A DNA stretch of 60,237 nucleotides from a virus (taxonomy: Duplodnaviria > Caudoviricetes). The translations under genes and the position numbers were made by a program. The notes under the pieces are model-generated. The model had not been told where the DNA came from. It saw only the letters and a list, made by a program, of their open reading frames with translations, and searched no databases. This document shows, piece after piece, positions 19,740 to 29,279 of this stretch (position 1 is its first letter; every line of letters starts with the position of its first letter). Where the stretch lies: IMG/VR virus record IMGVR_UViG_3300045303_000084, positions 1 through 60,237 of that record; one strand, 5' to 3'.

Positions 19740-19934
19740 ATGGAGAGCGGACATATTGGCGACATCTACACTCGACTCACGCGCGCGGAGGACCGGCTAG
19801 AGGTCCACGTCGCGGAGTTATCCCGTCGCATCGAGCAGTTAGAACAGGCCGAGCAACAGCGGGCATCGGACCGCCAACAGTCCGAGCGTGCGGAGATAGC
19901 GGAACTTCGTAAGAAGGTTGCTGAGGCCGAGTAG
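19740..19934 (+). CDS. Small coiled-coil protein
   Basis: SD AGGAG; heptad pattern. Confidence 0.55.
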   Translation: MESGHIGDIYTRLTRAEDRLEVHVAELSRRIEQLEQAEQQRASDRQQSERAEIAELRKKVAEAE

Positions 19935-19942
19935 AGATTGCC

Positions 19943-20176
19943 GTGACTCAGCATCAGGAAGCCATCGAGCAGACGAAAACGGTGTTGGCCGTGTATCGAA
20001 CCTGCGATCAGTGCGGTATCCGGGATCGGACACCGGCCGTGCCCGATATCCTCTTACCGCCTGATGGCTGGATCAGTGGCACGTGGTACACCCCGGATCA
20101 TGGACAGATCGCCGTGGACTTTTGCTCACCCGTCTGCGTGCGAGACTATGCGGGCGCAGTCGTGGAGTCTGCCTAA
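19943..20176 (+). CDS. Small Zn-binding protein
   Basis: CDQCG...DFCSPVC. Confidence 0.5.
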   Translation: MTQHQEAIEQTKTVLAVYRTCDQCGIRDRTPAVPDILLPPDGWISGTWYTPDHGQIAVDFCSPVCVRDYAGAVVESA

Positions 20177-21063
20177 TGGTCGTCATGTTGCCTAGCGTTG
20201 TCTCCAGCGGCACCATTGAATATCGATGGGTCGACCCGGCCGGTGTCACGAGAGAGCTGCTTCCGAGCAGCGCCGTGAGCGTGCTGGTTGGCGAACGAGG
20301 ATTAGGTATTCCCGGCTTCGACCTGATGGAAGATAAACTTCCGAGCAACCCAGGCACCGTCCTTCGGCACGCCGCAACATCTTCTCGGGTCATTCAATTG
20401 CCGATCATCTGCGAGGCCGGCAGTCCGTCCACTTTGGAGGCACTGATGGACAGTGTCTATACGTGGTTCGCGACAGCCGACGAACGCGCTCGTACGCCGG
20501 GTTATCTCCATGTCACCCGTGCTGATGGCACGACGCGGCGCATTCGCTGTTACTATCGCGGCGGACTGGAAGGCGATCTGTCGTCGTCCGTGAGCGGAAC
20601 GAACTGGCGCCATGCCACGGTCACCCTGGTGGCACCGGGCGCGTACGCCGAGGATGCCGACCCCGAGGTGCATACCTACACACAGCCGGATTTTGGTGTT
20701 TCCCTTTCGATCATCAACACCGGCCAGTTGCCGGCCGCGCCAATCTGGACGCTCACTGGCCCGATGAACATGCTTTCAATCTACAACAACACGACCGGCG
20801 AGGCCATTGCGCTGACCTCAGACGGTGGCATCAACATCACAGCCGGAGATACGGTTGTTATCGATACGAGGCCGGCTGACGAGCGCGTGGGGTATCAGGT
20901 CCAGGACAGTGGAGGTAATAGTCTCTTCGCCAAGCTGACCGATGTCTCGACACTCTGGCACTTCCAGCCGGGGCTGAACCAGTTCGCATTCGGTCTTGCC
21001 GGGACGACCGTCCAGACGGAAATTGAGCTAACCTATTACGCGCCCTATCGGGGGATACGGTAA
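20176..21063 (+). CDS. Distal tail protein (Dit)
   Basis: INTGQLPAAPIWTLTGP...LWHFQPGLN motifs typical of Dit. Confidence 0.75.
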   Translation: MVVMLPSVVSSGTIEYRWVDPAGVTRELLPSSAVSVLVGERGLGIPGFDLMEDKLPSNPGTVLRHAATSSRVIQLPIICEAGSPSTLEALMDSVYTWFATADERARTPGYLHVTRADGTTRRIRCYYRGGLEGDLSSSVSGTNWRHATVTLVAPGAYAEDADPEVHTYTQPDFGVSLSIINTGQLPAAPIWTLTGPMNMLSIYNNTTGEAIALTSDGGINITAGDTVVIDTRPADERVGYQVQDSGGNSLFAKLTDVSTLWHFQPGLNQFAFGLAGTTVQTEIELTYYAPYRGIR

Positions 21064-22643
21064 TGCCGGCGATTATGCCCAACTACCGCGTCTATGTTCG
21101 CGGCAGCGATTATCGCCGGCATGCGGAACTCTTTGACTGGGAACACCTTCAACTCAAGATCCGTTTCAACGAGGTTGGTACGTGGGCGCTGCGCATGAAT
21201 CGGAGCAGCCCTGAAGCAGCACTGATGGTGCGTCAGGCCGGCATCATCGTTACCCGCGATGACGAGACGATCTTCTCCGGTCAAGCATCAACCGAGTGGA
21301 CCCGCACCGGCACCACGCTGAGTGTCGCGGGCGTGGACGATATGGCGATCCTGGAGACACCGGCGCGCCCGGTGCCGGCCCAGGCGACGGGACCGTATGC
21401 GACACAGTTTGATACGCGGACGGGTGTCGCCAGTACCATCATGACCGCGTTTGTGTCCGATCAGGTTGGCACGACCGCGCCGTTTGGCTGGCGTATCGGC
21501 GCTATGAACATGACGGCTGATCCAGCCCTCGGATCGTCCGGGACATTCCAGGCCGAATGGGGTAAGCCGCTGATCGAGGTGCTTGGGCCATTCGCGGCCT
21601 CACCCGTGGCCGGTGGGCTCCGATTCGTCGTCCTCCAGAATGACCTAATTCCGAACACCATCACGTTCAAAGTTATGGACGTTGCCGACCTAACGCACGT
21701 TGCGAAGTTCTCGATTGCACTTGACACGGTGAAGGATTTTGAGGATACCTGGAAGTTTCCGGGCGCAAACTATGTGATGGTGGCCGGTGGCGACGCGCTT
21801 GGTGTCGATCGTACGGTAGTCGAGGGATCGAATAGCACCAGCGTTGCCGAAGTAGGGCGACGTATCGTCCAGTGGATCGATGCACGACACCTGACCACGG
21901 TCGCGCAGTTGAACCAACGGCGTGACGAGGCACTAGCAACGCTGGTGACATCTCGTCAGGTCAAGGTGACGCCGTTCAACAACCAATCGCTCGTGTTTGG
22001 CGTCCACTATGACATTGGTGACCTTGTGACGTTCGTTCTTGATGATGAGGTCTTCAACGACGTGATCCGCGAGGTAACACTCACCCTTGACCCAGAGGGA
22101 GGGGCAACGGCCGTGCCGATGCTCGGCAACACCGGCACGTCATCGGATGATCGTCTCGTCCAGCACATGAAGACGGTCGCCGCCCGTGTCAATCGTCTGG
22201 AGCGGTACTACGCGATGCCGGATGGCGCGATCCTGGCGCCGATGCTCGGGACGGGTGCGGTGGGCTCGACTGCGCTGGCGTCCGGCGCTGCTGCTGCTAA
22301 TCTTGGCTCCGGCAGCGTCAGCTCCTCGATGCTGGCTGCCGGCGCTGCCGTGTCGAATATCGGGTACACACCGGCCCGGGTATCTGCGAGTAGCTACACC
22401 GGGGACAACGCTGCGACGCGCACAATCAGCGTGGGATTCACGCCGATCTGGGTCCAGGTCACCTCGCCCGGCAACAGCGCAACGCTCTATCTGGGCGACG
22501 GGACGCGGCTGGTTCTGGAGGCCAGCGGCGATGTGATTGCCGGGCAGAGCGGCGGATTCGTCGCTGGTGGCTTCACCGCCCGTCATGACGGCAACAGCAA
22601 CAACGCGAGCGGCGTCACGTACTACTACACCGCGATTGGATGA
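21063..22643 (+). CDS. Baseplate hub / minor tail protein (ReqiPepy6 gp37-like)
   Basis: RFNEVGTWAL, NYVMVAGG, FGVHYDIGDLVT motifs; follows Dit. Confidence 0.75.
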   Translation: MPAIMPNYRVYVRGSDYRRHAELFDWEHLQLKIRFNEVGTWALRMNRSSPEAALMVRQAGIIVTRDDETIFSGQASTEWTRTGTTLSVAGVDDMAILETPARPVPAQATGPYATQFDTRTGVASTIMTAFVSDQVGTTAPFGWRIGAMNMTADPALGSSGTFQAEWGKPLIEVLGPFAASPVAGGLRFVVLQNDLIPNTITFKVMDVADLTHVAKFSIALDTVKDFEDTWKFPGANYVMVAGGDALGVDRTVVEGSNSTSVAEVGRRIVQWIDARHLTTVAQLNQRRDEALATLVTSRQVKVTPFNNQSLVFGVHYDIGDLVTFVLDDEVFNDVIREVTLTLDPEGGATAVPMLGNTGTSSDDRLVQHMKTVAARVNRLERYYAMPDGAILAPMLGTGAVGSTALASGAAAANLGSGSVSSSMLAAGAAVSNIGYTPARVSASSYTGDNAATRTISVGFTPIWVQVTSPGNSATLYLGDGTRLVLEASGDVIAGQSGGFVAGGFTARHDGNSNNASGVTYYYTAIG

Positions 22644-22726
22644 CCATAGTGGACTACCGCCATGCTGGTATGGGATGGAGTAACGGCCCGATCGAGGGCG
22701 GAAACAGCCGCATCCTCTCGCTGCCG
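22640..22726 (+). pseudogene. Remnant N-terminus of endolysin (MTIVDYRHAGMGW...ILSLP)
   Basis: ATGA-coupled; resembles MKHAGIHF...ILGMP at 23328; frame stays open to 23317. Confidence 0.55.
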
Positions 22727-23257
22727 TCACGAGTTGTGCCCCCACCATTTGCCTCGGCCCTTTGCTCTCATATCGGCTTGATTGGCTGCTGGTGTTCCAA
22801 GCCAGAGATGCCCGCGCCGTTCATAGGCCACGCCTTCAACGACATAGGTGCCGGCGGTGTCGTTACGGACACAGGCCGGATTATCTCCACCGGGGCAGTC
22901 GTGACAGACATACTCCCAGCGCGTTGGCCAGTGGCCCGTCGCAAGAAACCACGCTGCTTTAGACATCGTGGTCGACGTTTTTACTCCGTCCGGACGGACC
23001 GCGATGATGACGCCATAACCGAATGCGTGATGGCCGCCCGTTGCCACCCAGCAAGAGTGTGTCTTCTTGACACGTGGCCAGAATCGGTCCGGAAGTGGCG
23101 ACAATACGTGATCTCGCGACCGCTGCTCTGCCGAGCACGCAAACGAGCAGAATTTGACATTGCGATCGCTTCTCAGGCGAGTGGGGCCGCCGCAGACGAG
23201 GCACGTTCCCGTACCAATGTAGTTGCAGTACCGGCGCGTGGTACGATCGGGATGCAT
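22727..23257 (-). CDS. HNH homing endonuclease (Zn-ribbon + HNH_3-type)
   Basis: CLVCG..FCSFAC; RFWPRV..CWV.TG..GYG..VCHDCPGGDNPACV..HLWLGT..NQADM. Confidence 0.85.
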   Translation of the reverse strand: MHPDRTTRRYCNYIGTGTCLVCGGPTRLRSDRNVKFCSFACSAEQRSRDHVLSPLPDRFWPRVKKTHSCWVATGGHHAFGYGVIIAVRPDGVKTSTTMSKAAWFLATGHWPTRWEYVCHDCPGGDNPACVRNDTAGTYVVEGVAYERRGHLWLGTPAANQADMRAKGRGKWWGHNS

Positions 23258-23330
23258 CTGGTCACTCCAGGTGTCAGCCCCCGGCGGTGGCGACCGTGCG
23301 GGGGCACTTCGTGTTGAGAATTATACCATG
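23258..23330 (-). promoter_or_regulatory. Endonuclease-cassette leader
   Basis: TGGTATAAT-tctcaACACGAAGTG-CCCCCG...CGGGGG-cTGACACC-tGGAG..ATG. Confidence 0.8.
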
Positions 23331-25439
23331 AAACACGCAGGGATTCACTTTCCGGAGAACGCCGGCGGCGAGCATCCAAACATTGAAACTATCCTGGGGA
23401 TGCCCGGCATCAGCCACGGCTGTACGCTCATCTGCGCCCCATCAGCTCGGTACTGGTATAGACAGGCTCGCGGTGCATCACCTCTCGTCGTCTGGCGAGC
23501 GATCCCACGCCAGGGGGCGCTACCGGCGCAACTCAACTGGATCGGGAAGCGAGTTGCAGACGAATGTCTCAACCTTTGGGACGAACAACCGCATGGTGGC
23601 ATTGAGCACTTTACGCCGCTGAACGAACTGCAATTCGTCAAAGAGGCCGGCGAGGTTTTTCGCTCGTATGCTGAAACAGCCTCGAAGCTATCGAACGTGC
23701 GCATTGCCCTGCGCCAACGCTTCGACGCGCTCGGTCAGACGGTCCGGCTGATGTTCCCGGCCTGGGTGCCTCAGGATGACATGGACCGAATCCTCGAATG
23801 GGAAGACGAGGCGCGGCAGTGGGACACCATCGGCCTGCACTGCTACGGCAGCGCGGAGACGATGCGGACGCGGTACGACAGTTACCGAGCCGCGTTCCCA
23901 GACCATCCGATCTTCGTCGGTGAGTGGAACGCCAACCACGAGGGGCACGACGAGCACGCCGCGCTCCAGATGTGGGCCGAGGTTTCCAATACCGATCCCG
24001 GATTCACGGGGGCGACCTACTACATCTGGGAGACTCGGAATCAGGGTGAGGCCGACCTGTCCATCTGGGGCAACCCCGCCCGCCTCGTCCTCTTCCAGAA
24101 TCCGCCGACCGTTGCCGAACCAGAGGATCCGGTAGAACCGGAGGATCCTGAGATGCCGACGCTTGATCCGTGGCAGTATTGGACTCCCGACGCCTTGGCA
24201 ACGCTCATCCAGTGTCCGCGTGACGCGGTGGCGACGAATTGGCCCAAACTCTGCGAACAACTCGGCCACGTCGCGCGGCAAACGGGGCAAGACATCTTCC
24301 TGACGAAAGACACGCTCGTCGCGCTGGCTTCCACGGTGGCGATTGAGACGGCGCACCGCTTCCAACCAATCCACGAGTACAGGATGGCTGACGGCTCGAT
24401 CCCGGCCTACTGGTACACCTACGACGGCGGGCCGGAGTACCACGGTCGCGGCTTCATCCAGAACACGCACAAGTACAACTACGCCGACCTTGGTCCGAAG
24501 ATCGCGGCACTGTGGGGTGCCGGTCCGAATGACTTTGACTTCGTCGCCCGTCCCGATGATTTGCTCGATCCCGATCTTTCGGCAGCAGCATCAGCCATCT
24601 ACTTTCGCGACCATGCCCGCGAAGACGGTGATGGCATCCCAGAGGCAGCGTCTCGGGGTGATTGGCGCGCGGTTCGTCAGCTCGTTCAGGGTGCTGATGC
24701 TGGGCTTACTGAGCTGATATCCTACGCAACGGCACTCGGGGGAACCGTCGTCCCGCCAGTGGACGATACGACGTCCTACAGCGTCAATGTACCTGACGAC
24801 GTCGTCCTTCAGCAGAACAATTGGTCGTGCGCTGTGCGATCGACGTACGCAGCGCTCTGGGCAATGGCACAGGTTGCGCAGGGCGAGCCGGTCACGTACG
24901 GCGACGAGGGGCTACGCGACGTATATGAGTGGATGGTGCCGGCTTTGGCCGATGCCTCAGTCGGGCTCCATGATGGTAGTGGCGCGCAGCTCGCAGCCAT
25001 GCTCCGTGACAAGGGGTACGATGCCGAGAGCGTCTATCCATGCTCCATCGAGCAGGTACGCGAGCGAGCCGGTACAGAGCCGGTCCTGATCGGCGGCGCG
25101 GCCTGGAATCACTGGAGCTACGTGCGCGGGAAGCACGCCGATGGGGGGTTGATCCTGGAGAACCCGTCCCCCGGCCACGATGGTATCACCGACTACATCA
25201 GAGATAGTTGGGGGCGTCTCGGACCGTTCTCGGCAGTGTTCATCCGCCAATCTGTACCCGTTGAGCCGGAGCATACACTGCCGACGTATGAAGACCTGGC
25301 AAACCTGGAGGGCGTCGCCTATCACGATAACGGCGTCGTGATCCCAGCGCTGGAGGGGGCGAAGGCGGTCGGTGACTGGTCACAGGTTGACGCCGTCGTC
25401 AAGTTTCTCCGTGATAACGATCCTCACAAGGCCGCCTGA
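23328..25439 (+). CDS. Multi-domain endolysin (GH-A-like TIM barrel + GH19 + C39-like peptidase)
   Basis: TPLNEL...GLHCY...IFVGEWN; IETAHRF..IHE...YHGRGFIQNTHKYNY (GH19); QQNNWSCAVRS...WNHWSYV...LENP. Confidence 0.75.
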   Translation: MKHAGIHFPENAGGEHPNIETILGMPGISHGCTLICAPSARYWYRQARGASPLVVWRAIPRQGALPAQLNWIGKRVADECLNLWDEQPHGGIEHFTPLNELQFVKEAGEVFRSYAETASKLSNVRIALRQRFDALGQTVRLMFPAWVPQDDMDRILEWEDEARQWDTIGLHCYGSAETMRTRYDSYRAAFPDHPIFVGEWNANHEGHDEHAALQMWAEVSNTDPGFTGATYYIWETRNQGEADLSIWGNPARLVLFQNPPTVAEPEDPVEPEDPEMPTLDPWQYWTPDALATLIQCPRDAVATNWPKLCEQLGHVARQTGQDIFLTKDTLVALASTVAIETAHRFQPIHEYRMADGSIPAYWYTYDGGPEYHGRGFIQNTHKYNYADLGPKIAALWGAGPNDFDFVARPDDLLDPDLSAAASAIYFRDHAREDGDGIPEAASRGDWRAVRQLVQGADAGLTELISYATALGGTVVPPVDDTTSYSVNVPDDVVLQQNNWSCAVRSTYAALWAMAQVAQGEPVTYGDEGLRDVYEWMVPALADASVGLHDGSGAQLAAMLRDKGYDAESVYPCSIEQVRERAGTEPVLIGGAAWNHWSYVRGKHADGGLILENPSPGHDGITDYIRDSWGRLGPFSAVFIRQSVPVEPEHTLPTYEDLANLEGVAYHDNGVVIPALEGAKAVGDWSQVDAVVKFLRDNDPHKAA

Positions 25440-25440
25440 C

Positions 25441-25605
25441 ATGCCGCGTCAACGCGCCGCCAATGAAGTTGCCCAGGCTGCGGCGCGGGCGTTTGCCCTG
25501 TTCTGGGCAGCAGAATGCCGCAAGATCGAGGAGCACATCCCCGACCCTGCGGCGCGGTGGGCCATCATGGTTGAGGCGTTGGCGAAGATCGCGCGGCAGG
25601 ACTAG
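25441..25605 (+). CDS. Small hypothetical protein
   Basis: ATG immediately after the endolysin stop. Confidence 0.4.
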   Translation: MPRQRAANEVAQAAARAFALFWAAECRKIEEHIPDPAARWAIMVEALAKIARQD

Positions 25606-25772
25606 CCCCGCGCCCATCGGCCGAGGCGGGGTCAGTGATCGGCGGTAGTGACTCATCGCAGATCCAGCATCGAGTACCGGGCCAAGGCTCGCGCGGTCGC
25701 CCACGATCCTCATCATCGCTGCATGAGAGGCACACGAGTCCGCCACCACGCATGTACGCAACTGGCTTGTCG

Positions 25773-26129
25773 TCATCCATCGCCCGCTGCCTCCGTCGCT
25801 GGCTGGGCGGCGAGGGTACGCTTGTACCGTTCAATCGCTCGCAGGCATTCACCGTAAAACGGATCGTTTAACCCCTGATCGCCGGACGGTCTAGAATACA
25901 TCGGGCGAACAATACGCACCAGGATGTCGGCGCAGTCAGTCGCCGCCTTCAGCAATCCGCTCTCCCGAGCCTCCCGCCCCTGCGCGTCGAGGACGGCCTG
26001 GGCCACGGTGACGATGTCGTGCTCGAAGCTCAGGAGCGATTCGACATCGTCTGACTCGCCATCGCGGAACGTAGCCTCGTTCAGCAGCCTCTCGGCCGCT
26101 GCTCTCATGTCGTTGTCCATCCTTGTCAT
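25773..26129 (-). CDS. Hypothetical protein
   Basis: SD GGGAG; shares AAAERL...D..TVAQ with 26192..26371. Confidence 0.5.
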   Translation of the reverse strand: MTRMDNDMRAAAERLLNEATFRDGESDDVESLLSFEHDIVTVAQAVLDAQGREARESGLLKAATDCADILVRIVRPMYSRPSGDQGLNDPFYGECLRAIERYKRTLAAQPATEAAGDG

Positions 26130-26191
26130 CTCCCTGCCTCCTGGCGCCGGCGCCTCGATTGGGACGCCGGCAGTAATGCTGCATAGGTCGG

Positions 26192-26371
26192 TCACTCATC
26201 CTGCTGTCTCAGCGCCGCGATGGTCGCCAGTGCGAACTGGGCAACCGTGAACATGTCCGTCTCGATGTTCGGTGCGACCTGTGGGTTACCGTACTCGGCA
26301 ACGTGAAGTTCAACCTCACGAACCAGTCGCTCGGCGGCTGCCTTGACCGCTTCGATCGACGTAACCATCAT
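26192..26371 (-). CDS. Small hypothetical protein (59 aa)
   Basis: SD AGGAGA; MMVTSIEAVKAAAERLVREV...ETDMFTVAQFAL. Confidence 0.5.
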   Translation of the reverse strand: MMVTSIEAVKAAAERLVREVELHVAEYGNPQVAPNIETDMFTVAQFALATIAALRQQDE

Positions 26372-26444
26372 CTCTCCTGAGTGCCCGTCATAAGGCTGAC
26401 TATCGGCATCACTGGCCCGCCGCTCGACGGGCCACGGGGCGGCG

Positions 26445-26738
26445 TCAGCGGTTCTCTCTCAGGATCGCGGTCATCGCGCAGTTCGGGCAGCCGTCTCCAT
26501 CGCACGAGGCGCACGGGAGCGCGACCGGCGGATCTTCCTCCTCTTTTAGGTGCGCGATAGCGTGTTCAATCTCTCTCATCAGTGCTTGGAATTGTGCCCA
26601 CAGTTCTACGCTGCCCTGCGGGGTGTACGGGCAGTGAAGCCACGGGTAGGCGCGATCCAGGAGGCGCTCCAGCGTCTTGATACGATCCGCGCCAACCTGG
26701 GCGCGCTGCTTCCAAAGGTACGCTTCATCTTGGTCCAT
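26445..26738 (-). CDS. Hypothetical protein with C-terminal Zn motif
   Basis: SD GGAGGAG; CASCDGDGCPNC. Confidence 0.55.
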   Translation of the reverse strand: MDQDEAYLWKQRAQVGADRIKTLERLLDRAYPWLHCPYTPQGSVELWAQFQALMREIEHAIAHLKEEEDPPVALPCASCDGDGCPNCAMTAILRENR

Positions 26739-26799
26739 CGTCTCTCCTCCTCCTCGCGGGGGTCGTGGGCCGGGCGACGGTGCGCCCGGCCGCTACTTG

Positions 26800-27252
26800 C
26801 TACAGATACCGTGCCTCGATCCGCTGGCGCTGCACCGTCCTGCGTTCCTCCCATTCACGATCGCTGGCGCAGCGGTTGCAGCGTCCGTCAAGTCCGTCGA
26901 CCAATTCGCCGCACCCCTCACGGCAGGCGGGAAACAACTCATCGTAAGACGCCCTCGGCTTGCTCTGCGGCCCGAGCGCCACGTCAACCTGCGCCTGCCA
27001 CAGCTCCGACTCCAGCGCGCTCAGTTCGACCGCAAGCATATGACTGCACTGCGTCCGCGTGCGGGTCCACCAGATGCAGTGGTCGGCGCACGCGCTGGCG
27101 TCGGCGCGGACCTGATACACGCGCCCGCTCGTGCCGCTGGTGACGACGGCGTAGCGGATGCCGTTGGTGCGGACGTACGTGATGGGCTGCTCCAGGTGAG
27201 TCGATGCGCTGGCGTACTGGCTGGCGGTTGGGGTGCTAAACTGCGTTGCCAT
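26800..27252 (-). CDS. SWIM-like Zn-finger protein
   Basis: VTSGTSGRVYQV...CADHC.......CSHMLAV resembles a SWIM motif; SD GGAGG. Confidence 0.55.
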   Translation of the reverse strand: MATQFSTPTASQYASASTHLEQPITYVRTNGIRYAVVTSGTSGRVYQVRADASACADHCIWWTRTRTQCSHMLAVELSALESELWQAQVDVALGPQSKPRASYDELFPACREGCGELVDGLDGRCNRCASDREWEERRTVQRQRIEARYL

Positions 27253-27317
27253 CTGAGGGTGCCTCCTCGGTGGTGCTGCCCCGCTCCCGGTTGCATCGGG
27301 AGCGGGGCGCTTTGGTG

Positions 27318-27584
27318 TTAGCGCTTGTTCCGCTGGTCGGTCGGGGTTGCCCACCCCATCTTGCGGCGGCAGTTCTTGCAGTCGGTGGCGCGCTCACCTT
27401 GCTCTAGACGCCGTTCGGGTGATGCAGCAAAACCGCTGTAGACTCGCATGCGGAACGTTCGCCGTGGCAGTCCGCATGCAACCGTGTACCCCGTCTCAGG
27501 GTTATGTGCCGTTGCAAAGTGCATGATGTCGCGCTTCTGGGTCATCCCGTCGCCGCGCCACTCTCCAAAAACCATCGTCGCCAT
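27318..27584 (-). CDS. Hypothetical Zn-binding protein
   Basis: H....ACG...TDCKNC; SD GAGGA. Confidence 0.5.
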   Translation of the reverse strand: MATMVFGEWRGDGMTQKRDIMHFATAHNPETGYTVACGLPRRTFRMRVYSGFAASPERRLEQGERATDCKNCRRKMGWATPTDQRNKR

Positions 27585-27662
27585 CGTCCTGTCCTCTCCT
27601 CTGTGCGTCGGGCCGTGTGGGCCTGACGGTGGGTGGGGGAGGTTGCCCTCCCCCGGTGGCGG

Positions 27663-27860
27663 TTAGGCGAGTGCCATAACCGTGTCGAACTCATCCACGC
27701 TCATCTGCGTCGTGATTGCGATGTACTCAGCTAGTGTGGCGCCGTTCGCGGAGTAAGTCGTGTCGTCCCACTCATAGCTCATCTTCTCTAGGATCGCGTC
27801 GCTGAGCACCGGATTGTTGCCGTAGAACGCTTCACGTGCTGCCTGCTCTCGCTTGGTCAT
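27663..27860 (-). CDS. Hypothetical protein
   Basis: SD AGGAGA, first gene after the leftward promoter. Confidence 0.55.
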   Translation of the reverse strand: MTKREQAAREAFYGNNPVLSDAILEKMSYEWDDTTYSANGATLAEYIAITTQMSVDEFDTVMALA

Positions 27861-27908
27861 GTCCGTCTCTCCTGGCGCCCCTGCGCTCTGTGTTCCAGGT
27901 GTGACTTC

Positions 27909-27937
27909 ACTATATACCATCGGTATGAGTCTGTCAA
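27909..27937 (-). promoter_or_regulatory. Sigma70-type promoter, leftward, with operator ATACC-N3-GGTAT
   Basis: TTGACA-17-TATAGT on the minus strand. Confidence 0.8.
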
Positions 27938-27982
27938 TAGGGTTTGGGGGCAATATTGGACGAATTTTCAGACTCGTGGGTG

Positions 27983-28011
27983 TTGACAACTACATACCTA
28001 TGGTATATACT
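27983..28011 (+). promoter_or_regulatory. Sigma70-type promoter, rightward, with the same operator
   Basis: TTGACA-actacatacctatggta(17)-TATACT. Confidence 0.8.
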
Positions 28012-28038
28012 GAGGGTACAGCAGCAGGGGAGACAGAC

Positions 28039-28347
28039 ATGACGACTCACACCGCGATCACCCTCAGCAAGTGCCAGTGTGGCGAGATCACCCGAACCGA
28101 GTGGATCGCGCGATGGTTCGGCGGCTGGGAGGAGTTCCAGGTTAGTCGGTTCGGATGGGAACTCCCCCGAACGGCGATGAAGTCAGTGACCTGCCGCGCT
28201 TGCGGCGAGAAGATCGTGAAGGGCACGAAGCGGGTTGTTGGCAAGCTCGGCAAGCAGGAGTGCAACGACAAGTGCATGAGCAGCACGAGCGGCGCGTGCG
28301 AGTGCCGGTGCGAGGGTCAGAATCATGGCGGCGGCTACGCCGCCTAG
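28039..28347 (+). CDS. Cys-rich hypothetical protein
   Basis: CNDKCM....CECRCEGQNHG; SD GGGGAG. Confidence 0.6.
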   Translation: MTTHTAITLSKCQCGEITRTEWIARWFGGWEEFQVSRFGWELPRTAMKSVTCRACGEKIVKGTKRVVGKLGKQECNDKCMSSTSGACECRCEGQNHGGGYAA

Positions 28348-28355
28348 GAGGCGAG

Positions 28356-28592
28356 ATGGACACCTACTACACGAAACTCCCGCTCCGGAAGGTGGTTGAG
28401 ATCCGCTATGAGGGCGGGCGCCCGGTTGAGGTCTACGAATGCGGCCATGCGTTCTTCGCCCCAATGAACCCGTACTCGGGCGTCAAGAAGGCGAAGCGGC
28501 GGCGGTGCGCGTGGTGCGATCCGACCGGCCCCTTCGCCGGAGCGGATAGGCAACGGCAGAATGACATCAGGGACGGGCGCCTCTATGACTGA
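28356..28592 (+). CDS. Small Zn-binding protein
   Basis: YECGH...RRCAWC; SD GGAGG. Confidence 0.55.
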   Translation: MDTYYTKLPLRKVVEIRYEGGRPVEVYECGHAFFAPMNPYSGVKKAKRRRCAWCDPTGPFAGADRQRQNDIRDGRLYD

Positions 28593-28833
28593 TACGATGG
28601 TCCCCGAGAGGGACATGACGCCAGCAGAATTCAGGGGATGGGTCACGCGGCTCGGGCTCTCCGAAAAGGAACTGGCCCGGCGCCTGGACACCACCCAGCC
28701 AACGATCAACCGATGGACGACAGGGCAGCGGACGCCGCCGCCGTATCTGTGGCGCGCCCTCACGCACCTGGAGGCCGAGTTGCAGGAGGAGCGCCGCCGC
28801 CCGCCCACGCCGCAGGAGAGTCGTCATGAGTGA
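28585..28833 (+). CDS. HTH (XRE-like) transcriptional regulator
   Basis: MTPAEFR...LGLSEKELARRLDTTQPTINRW..G.R. Confidence 0.8.
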   Translation: MTDTMVPERDMTPAEFRGWVTRLGLSEKELARRLDTTQPTINRWTTGQRTPPPYLWRALTHLEAELQEERRRPPTPQESRHE

Positions 28834-28996
28834 GCACGTGGTCGGAACCTCGAACATCTTCGACTTCTGGCGGTCGTGGTGCTCCTGCGGCTGGTATCGT
28901 GAGCGCAAGACGCTCCGGACTGCGATCAAGGATGCTAATCGCCACCTGGATCAGGCCACAGCTCCCGCCGAGTCGCAGGGAGAACCAGGGGCATGA
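28826..28996 (+). CDS. Small hypothetical protein (C.CGW motif)
   Basis: SD AGGAG; MSEHVVG...WCSCGW...ANRH. Confidence 0.45.
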   Translation: MSEHVVGTSNIFDFWRSWCSCGWYRERKTLRTAIKDANRHLDQATAPAESQGEPGA

Positions 28997-29277
28997 GCGA
29001 AGCACGGGAGGTCGACTACATGAGTCTGATCGACGCTGAGCGGTCACGTCTGAAGGGCGAGATCCGCGTCCTAACACGGGAGCGGGACGACGCCAGGCGA
29101 CAGGCACTCCTATTCGTTGCCGACGACTTGCGACGAGCCGCTGAGGCGCATCTCAAGAGCGCTGCCATTGAGGGGCGGCGTCTCTATCGCAAGCATCTGG
29201 CTGATACCGCACATGTCCTGATCGAGCGCGCTACGTTCTATGAGCAGCAGTCGCAGGATGACACCCAGGAGCCCTGA
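28993..29277 (+). CDS. Hypothetical coiled-coil protein
   Basis: ATGA-coupled. Confidence 0.5.
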   Translation: MSEAREVDYMSLIDAERSRLKGEIRVLTRERDDARRQALLFVADDLRRAAEAHLKSAAIEGRRLYRKHLADTAHVLIERATFYEQQSQDDTQEP

Positions 29278-29279
29278 CC

